Positions 59,518-64,000 of a DNA stretch of 64,000 nt are shown here, piece after piece (position 1 is the first letter of the stretch; the number at the start of each line of letters is the position of its first letter). Under the pieces are notes generated by a model. The model was not told where the DNA came from and did no database searches. It saw only the letters and a program-made list of their open reading frames with translations. This DNA is from Candidatus Cloacimonadales bacterium. GTDB lineage: Bacteria > Cloacimonadota > Cloacimonadia > Cloacimonadales > JAIOQZ01. Position numbers and translations under genes: made by a program. The stretch lies in assembly GCA_963665815.1 (NCBI GenBank), contig OY762463.1, positions 3,899,600 to 3,963,599 of the forward strand. The letters are read 5' to 3'.

Positions 59518-60275
59518 ACGAAAACATAAAGTTAGAGATTTGTGCCGGCTCTCTCGAGGATTGTATTCTTGCTGAGAAAGCCGGTGCTGACAGACTAGAA
59601 TTAAATACAGGATTAAGTCTTGGAGGGTTAACACCTTCTCCGGGACTTTTTTCTACAGTTATGGAAAGTGTTCGAATTCCGGTTATTGTTATGATTCGTC
59701 CCAGATCAGGGGGATTCAGCTACAGTTCTTATGAGTTCAGAACAATGATGAAAAATGTAGAGTACTACAGGGATAATGGTGCTGCCGGAATTGCTACGGG
59801 TTTTCTTAATACTGACGGAACTCTGGACTATTACAAGTGTCTGGCAATCCGCGATGCCTGCATGGATATTGATGTGGTTTTTCACAGAGCATTCGATTTC
59901 ATTGTGAATCCTTTTGAAGCATTGGAACAGCTGATAGAGTTAGGCTTTACCAGAATTCTCACATCTGGGGCACAGGGTACGGCGGTAGAAGGTATGGCAA
60001 AAATCAAAGAGCTGATTGATAGGGCTGACGGCAGAATTGAGATACTCCCCGGAAGCGGAATAAATTCAGACAATGTTGAGAAGCTGATTGCTGATACAGG
60101 TTGTAAACAGGTACATGCATCTCTGGGAAGCCGATCCAGCGATATTTCGATTAATCATATTGATACTGACATCCCTTTGAAGAATTTTCTTCCTGATGAT
60201 GAGTTCAAGAAGACAGATTATGAAAAATGCTCTGAAATGAGGAGAATGCTGGACAAAACCTTTGGAATGGTGTGA
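59505..60275 (+). CDS. cutC: Copper homeostasis protein CutC
   Basis: LEICA, GADRLEL, GGLTPS, MIRPRSGGF, FHRAFD, RILTSG. Confidence 0.95.
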   Translation: MEKLNENIKLEICAGSLEDCILAEKAGADRLELNTGLSLGGLTPSPGLFSTVMESVRIPVIVMIRPRSGGFSYSSYEFRTMMKNVEYYRDNGAAGIATGFLNTDGTLDYYKCLAIRDACMDIDVVFHRAFDFIVNPFEALEQLIELGFTRILTSGAQGTAVEGMAKIKELIDRADGRIEILPGSGINSDNVEKLIADTGCKQVHASLGSRSSDISINHIDTDIPLKNFLPDDEFKKTDYEKCSEMRRMLDKTFGMV

Positions 60276-60445
60276 TGGAAAAGATATTGTTGATAACAGA
60301 CTGTTTAGTAGTATATTGACTATGTCAATGTCCCTGAATCGACTCACATCTCCGAAGAGGCAACCGGTCGGTTGTCTCAAAATTTTCTTGACCATTTACC
60401 TCTAATGAGCCCAATTTTACCATAATATGGAGTAAGGAGGATGGA

Positions 60446-61420
60446 TTGTATCTGGGAAACACAGCTTTAGTAGTCCAGGAAGACCACTATTACCCATTTG
60501 GTATGAGGCTGGGTGGTATGTCCTCTGATACCGGGCAGGATAACAAGTACCTTTATAATGGTAAAGAACTTGAAGATGATTTTGATCTCAATCTGTATCA
60601 TTATGGTGCCAGACACTATGATCCTCAATTAGGCAGGTGGATTCAGTTCGACCCAGCAAATGAATTTAACAGTCCGTATGTATATTGTGCGAATAATACC
60701 GTAATGTTTGTTGATCCGGATGGAAATGTTATGTTTTCCAGAATTGTCATTGATGAAAATTGCAGAACTATCAAAGTTGATAATCATATCCGAATGGTTA
60801 TTATTGACAAAACAGGAACATTGAAGACTGATTACTTAAATCGACTTGCATTAAATTCTGAGTCCCATATGACAAAGCAGCTAACACTTGTTAGGAAAGT
60901 GAATGTTGAGGGAAAAGAGTATAAAGTTGAAATGAAGACTACTGCGAAAGTCGTTGTTGGAGATGCAAATACAGATAAGGATGTAGAAAGTGGTTGGACA
61001 AGAGTAGAGATTCTCACCGAAGAAGAATATCACCAACGTTACAAAGAGAACACAGAGAAAGCAGGCAAAAATTATTACAAGAATGATAAATCTTTCGCAA
61101 ACTCAAATATGAATGGTATTGATATAAACGCAATGAAAATAAAGACCACTCCAGAGCCAGTTCATCAAAATGTTGTTACTCACGAAGGGGGACACCAATA
61201 TCTTGGATGGGAAGATGTTTATGGGGAAGGAACTGAGAACAGGTTAATGAGTGGTGAGACAATAATCGCTAATGGTGGAAAGATAGGAACTATATCTAAC
61301 GAGGAACTCATTCAATTTATCAGTAAACAAGCTCATGACAAGGCAAAGCAAAGTGAATTCGTTGTTAGAACTGAAGGTTTCTTAGGATTTTTCCTTGATC
61401 TTATAAGATCTACTGATTGA
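60446..61420 (+). CDS. Orphan RHS repeat-associated core with C-terminal HExxH putative metallopeptidase toxin
   Basis: HYYPFG, YLYNGKE, YGARHYDPQLGRW, SPYVYCANN..DPDG; HEGGHQYLG..D..LM in the C-terminal domain; TTG start after AGGAGG. Confidence 0.85.
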   Translation: MYLGNTALVVQEDHYYPFGMRLGGMSSDTGQDNKYLYNGKELEDDFDLNLYHYGARHYDPQLGRWIQFDPANEFNSPYVYCANNTVMFVDPDGNVMFSRIVIDENCRTIKVDNHIRMVIIDKTGTLKTDYLNRLALNSESHMTKQLTLVRKVNVEGKEYKVEMKTTAKVVVGDANTDKDVESGWTRVEILTEEEYHQRYKENTEKAGKNYYKNDKSFANSNMNGIDINAMKIKTTPEPVHQNVVTHEGGHQYLGWEDVYGEGTENRLMSGETIIANGGKIGTISNEELIQFISKQAHDKAKQSEFVVRTEGFLGFFLDLIRSTD

Positions 61421-61429
61421 GAGTAGTCT

Positions 61430-62038
61430 ATGCAAAGAGTTGTATATTTAATTCTGCTCATTCTGGTGTCTTTACCCATTTACTCAATCCCTCCACTTAA
61501 GTATAAATGGATAGATGCAGATGTAATAGCATTAGTGAAGTTAGTTGAGAAAGTTGAGTTTGATTGTTATCTGGCAGAAGTAATTGATGTAATCAAATCG
61601 GATCAGTATGTTAGAGTAGGACAAACGATTCTCATCTGGGAAAATCAGAAACGGTATCCAATGCTTTCCATAAACCGAAGTTGGGTTCATGAGAAAGAAA
61701 GATCTGATTATTATCGGGCTATTAATATTGAGGATGTCTCTAACATTAAATTGAAAAGGATTGTAAGAAATTGTGAACAAGGAGACACTATTTTGGCTAC
61801 CCTTAATGAGATAAGGGGAATTACCAGTACTTCAAATCATAGGATTGATTTTAGTAAGGGAATCAAGGATTGCTACAAACTAGATATAAAATCAAGTGCT
61901 CTTGTTGAAGGTGATTCATGCACAATTTTCTCTTTCTTTGAAGCAAGTTTTCCTCTCTGGATAAATTCAGATGATGAGATTAAATATGATGATTTAAAGC
62001 AAATGATATCAGATTTCCTGAATGAAGAGAAAAAATGA
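61430..62038 (+). CDS. Hypothetical secreted protein (candidate immunity protein)
   Basis: Signal peptide; starts 9 nt after the RHS stop. Confidence 0.6.
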   Translation: MQRVVYLILLILVSLPIYSIPPLKYKWIDADVIALVKLVEKVEFDCYLAEVIDVIKSDQYVRVGQTILIWENQKRYPMLSINRSWVHEKERSDYYRAINIEDVSNIKLKRIVRNCEQGDTILATLNEIRGITSTSNHRIDFSKGIKDCYKLDIKSSALVEGDSCTIFSFFEASFPLWINSDDEIKYDDLKQMISDFLNEEKK

Positions 62039-63726
62039 AGAAAATACTTATTTTCCTCGTAATCCTTGTATCTATAATCTCCTGTGCCCCCCAAAAAAAC
62101 AAGACTCATAGTACTGGATCTTTTATGGATGCTGTTAAAAAAGCTGATGCAATAGTAATTGTAGAAGCAACAAACTTTATGCAGGTTGTCGAAAATGAAC
62201 TAAATATTGATCCTGAATTAAGGTTTTTCTCAAGTTCATTTACTAATAGAGAGAAGATTTATAATACTTATTTTTTCAACGAAAGCAAATCTGTATTCCA
62301 ACCGGGCAAAATCAATATTCATAATTTTAGAAGAAAGATTGATTTCATTAAGAGTCATACAAGATTTGATACTGTATTGGTTGAAAACGAGAAAAAACGT
62401 TTGTTGAAATACCATGACTATTTTAATGATTTCCAAATCGGACTAGGTGCTGAGAAGTATATTTATCCACATGCAGAGATTTTATATATCAAGCCTGAAT
62501 ACATCTCTCGGAGACTTCCTTTAAGTGGAATGGCAATTAAAGTACTTGGAAATACGATTGGTAATAGAAGGAAACTTCCTGAAATTCAATATGGCGACAC
62601 CCTTATTGTAGCGTTGAAGAAACTCAAAGAAAACAATATCTTAAGTGGAAAGTATGTAACTGTAGAGGAAATTCCCGATAAACGTACTTTCGTTCCATTT
62701 GAAGATTGTGTAAGTTATCTCAGGATCAAAGGTGATAAATGCTATGGTGAAATCATCAATTCGGGATCAATTCAAGAAATACCAGTGAGATATATTGTGA
62801 GCAGAATAAACAAGATCAAAGACAATGAGGGAGATAAGCTTTCTGAGTCTGTTTTAAAATACATTAACACTTCGGACGACTCGAATCGAGTGAGAGCCAT
62901 ATCTGAATGCAAAACTCTGGTGAATAAAGGGCAAGATACAATTGCTTTTGAGATGCTGAGAAAAAAACATAATGATTATCCATTCGATTCAGAAATAGGT
63001 AAGTTGTATTTTGATGTTTCGGTGAAATTAAACAATCATTCTGTCTCAGATTCTTTGCTTTTTTGGTTATATAAATTGAAGTTACCTCAAAAAGGTGTAT
63101 TTGATTCTGATTTCCCGGAGTTCAGTTTTGTTTGTGAATATTTATTGAAATTAAGCAAGTTCAAGAAATTTGAAAAATTCTACTATAGTGAAGGATTTGC
63201 TGAATCATCGTCTCATGATGAAAGAATGATTGATATTGGGATAGCATACTATAACTACGGTATAATAGACAAAGCTGACAGTATTCACAACAAGATTTTC
63301 GATGAGGTAACTGAATGCAAAGGTAATCTTCTAAACCATCTATTCAAAGTAAGTAAAACTACAGAAATTGATTTCTTACTATTTGAAAAGATGGGAAATA
63401 TTAATGACAATAAAAGAAGACAGATTAGGTACATTAAAAAGCTTTTGATTGCAAGTCAGTATAAGGATTATGTCCTCAGCAGAATCTCGGGGCTTTTATT
63501 TGATAACATTTATTATGTAAAAGATGAAGCACTATTGGAAGAATTTCTCTTAGAATTTTGCAAAATTGAGAACCTTGGAAATGAGACATTTAATGACATC
63601 ATTGAATCATATTATGGACACTATTATAATAAGTACTTCACTGAAAAACTTATTAGAACTTATATTAAGTGCAATTCAGATGCTAATTGTAGCGAATTGA
63701 AGGATGTTTTAGAAAAAAATAATTAA
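62035..63726 (+). CDS. Hypothetical lipoprotein
   Basis: Lipobox IISC; ATGA overlap with the previous gene; helical C-terminal half. Confidence 0.65.
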   Translation: MKKILIFLVILVSIISCAPQKNKTHSTGSFMDAVKKADAIVIVEATNFMQVVENELNIDPELRFFSSSFTNREKIYNTYFFNESKSVFQPGKINIHNFRRKIDFIKSHTRFDTVLVENEKKRLLKYHDYFNDFQIGLGAEKYIYPHAEILYIKPEYISRRLPLSGMAIKVLGNTIGNRRKLPEIQYGDTLIVALKKLKENNILSGKYVTVEEIPDKRTFVPFEDCVSYLRIKGDKCYGEIINSGSIQEIPVRYIVSRINKIKDNEGDKLSESVLKYINTSDDSNRVRAISECKTLVNKGQDTIAFEMLRKKHNDYPFDSEIGKLYFDVSVKLNNHSVSDSLLFWLYKLKLPQKGVFDSDFPEFSFVCEYLLKLSKFKKFEKFYYSEGFAESSSHDERMIDIGIAYYNYGIIDKADSIHNKIFDEVTECKGNLLNHLFKVSKTTEIDFLLFEKMGNINDNKRRQIRYIKKLLIASQYKDYVLSRISGLLFDNIYYVKDEALLEEFLLEFCKIENLGNETFNDIIESYYGHYYNKYFTEKLIRTYIKCNSDANCSELKDVLEKNN

Positions 63727-63756
63727 ACTTATTAAAGGAATTAAGTAAAACATACA

Positions 63757-63782
63757 ACCCTTTGTTTCGAAGGGCTTTTTCT
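63757..63782 (+). terminator. Rho-independent terminator
   Basis: CCCTTTG..CGAAGGG stem followed by CTTTTT. Confidence 0.55.
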
Positions 63783-64000
63783 CACTCCAACTCCATTCTG
63801 TTATCCATCAACTTATTCTCACTTTTGCTCGATCAATAAGGTGTTTCCTATGATTCTCGGATTAACATCCTGCGAATTCAAAAGAAAGATTCTCACCTTT
63901 GGTTACGAACTTATACAGAAACGATCTCTCGCCTACGGCTACGAGCTTATTAGTAAAGAAAATGTCTTTAACCTGCACAATAACGGAATCCGGTTCTATG

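Noticed and set aside
60066..60395. 109-aa minus-strand ORF
   Set aside because: Mostly antisense to cutC; no supporting motifs.
1..64000. selC (tRNA-Sec) or selA
   Set aside because: No matching cloverleaf or ORF recognised by eye in the intergenic gaps or the ORF track; a covariance search would be needed to exclude selC fully.
1..64000. Prophage, integrase or IS transposase
   Set aside because: No ORF with recombinase, transposase or phage structural motifs recognised.

Overview
AT-rich bacterial chromosomal window. Six secreted proteins end in an NYPNPFNP...K(M/L)xLxK FlgD-Ig/T9SS-type sorting domain, and the gene content suggests an anaerobe of the FCB group or Cloacimonadota (inference). 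In order it holds: MATE-murJ-uvrC; a tRNA-Pro(GGG) preceded by three ~268-bp tandem units, each carrying a tRNA-like copy whose T-arm is replaced by a different hairpin; a soluble-type adenylate cyclase/STAND ATPase; two mosaic GLUG-repeat secreted paralogs; natAB-like ABC exporter and selD; further paralog pairs; fdhD/mobA/selB; creD; an Rrf2-headed hcp operon with a permease-less 'ABC' pair, HypB-like GTPase, Cys-rich mini-protein and two cupins; outer-membrane genes; a DsbD-Omp28-TlpA-DUF6029 thiol-redox operon next to two Cys-pair secreted cargo genes; a glycogen operon; cutC; and an orphan RHS/HExxH toxin cassette. The best candidates for an undescribed system are (1) a possible trans-envelope disulfide-reduction relay at 43-52 kb, (2) the pseudo-tRNA-Pro array at 5.3-6.3 kb, and (3) a possible cytoplasmic metal-delivery/cluster-maturation module in the hcp operon. 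All family calls come from motif recognition by eye; no database search was run.
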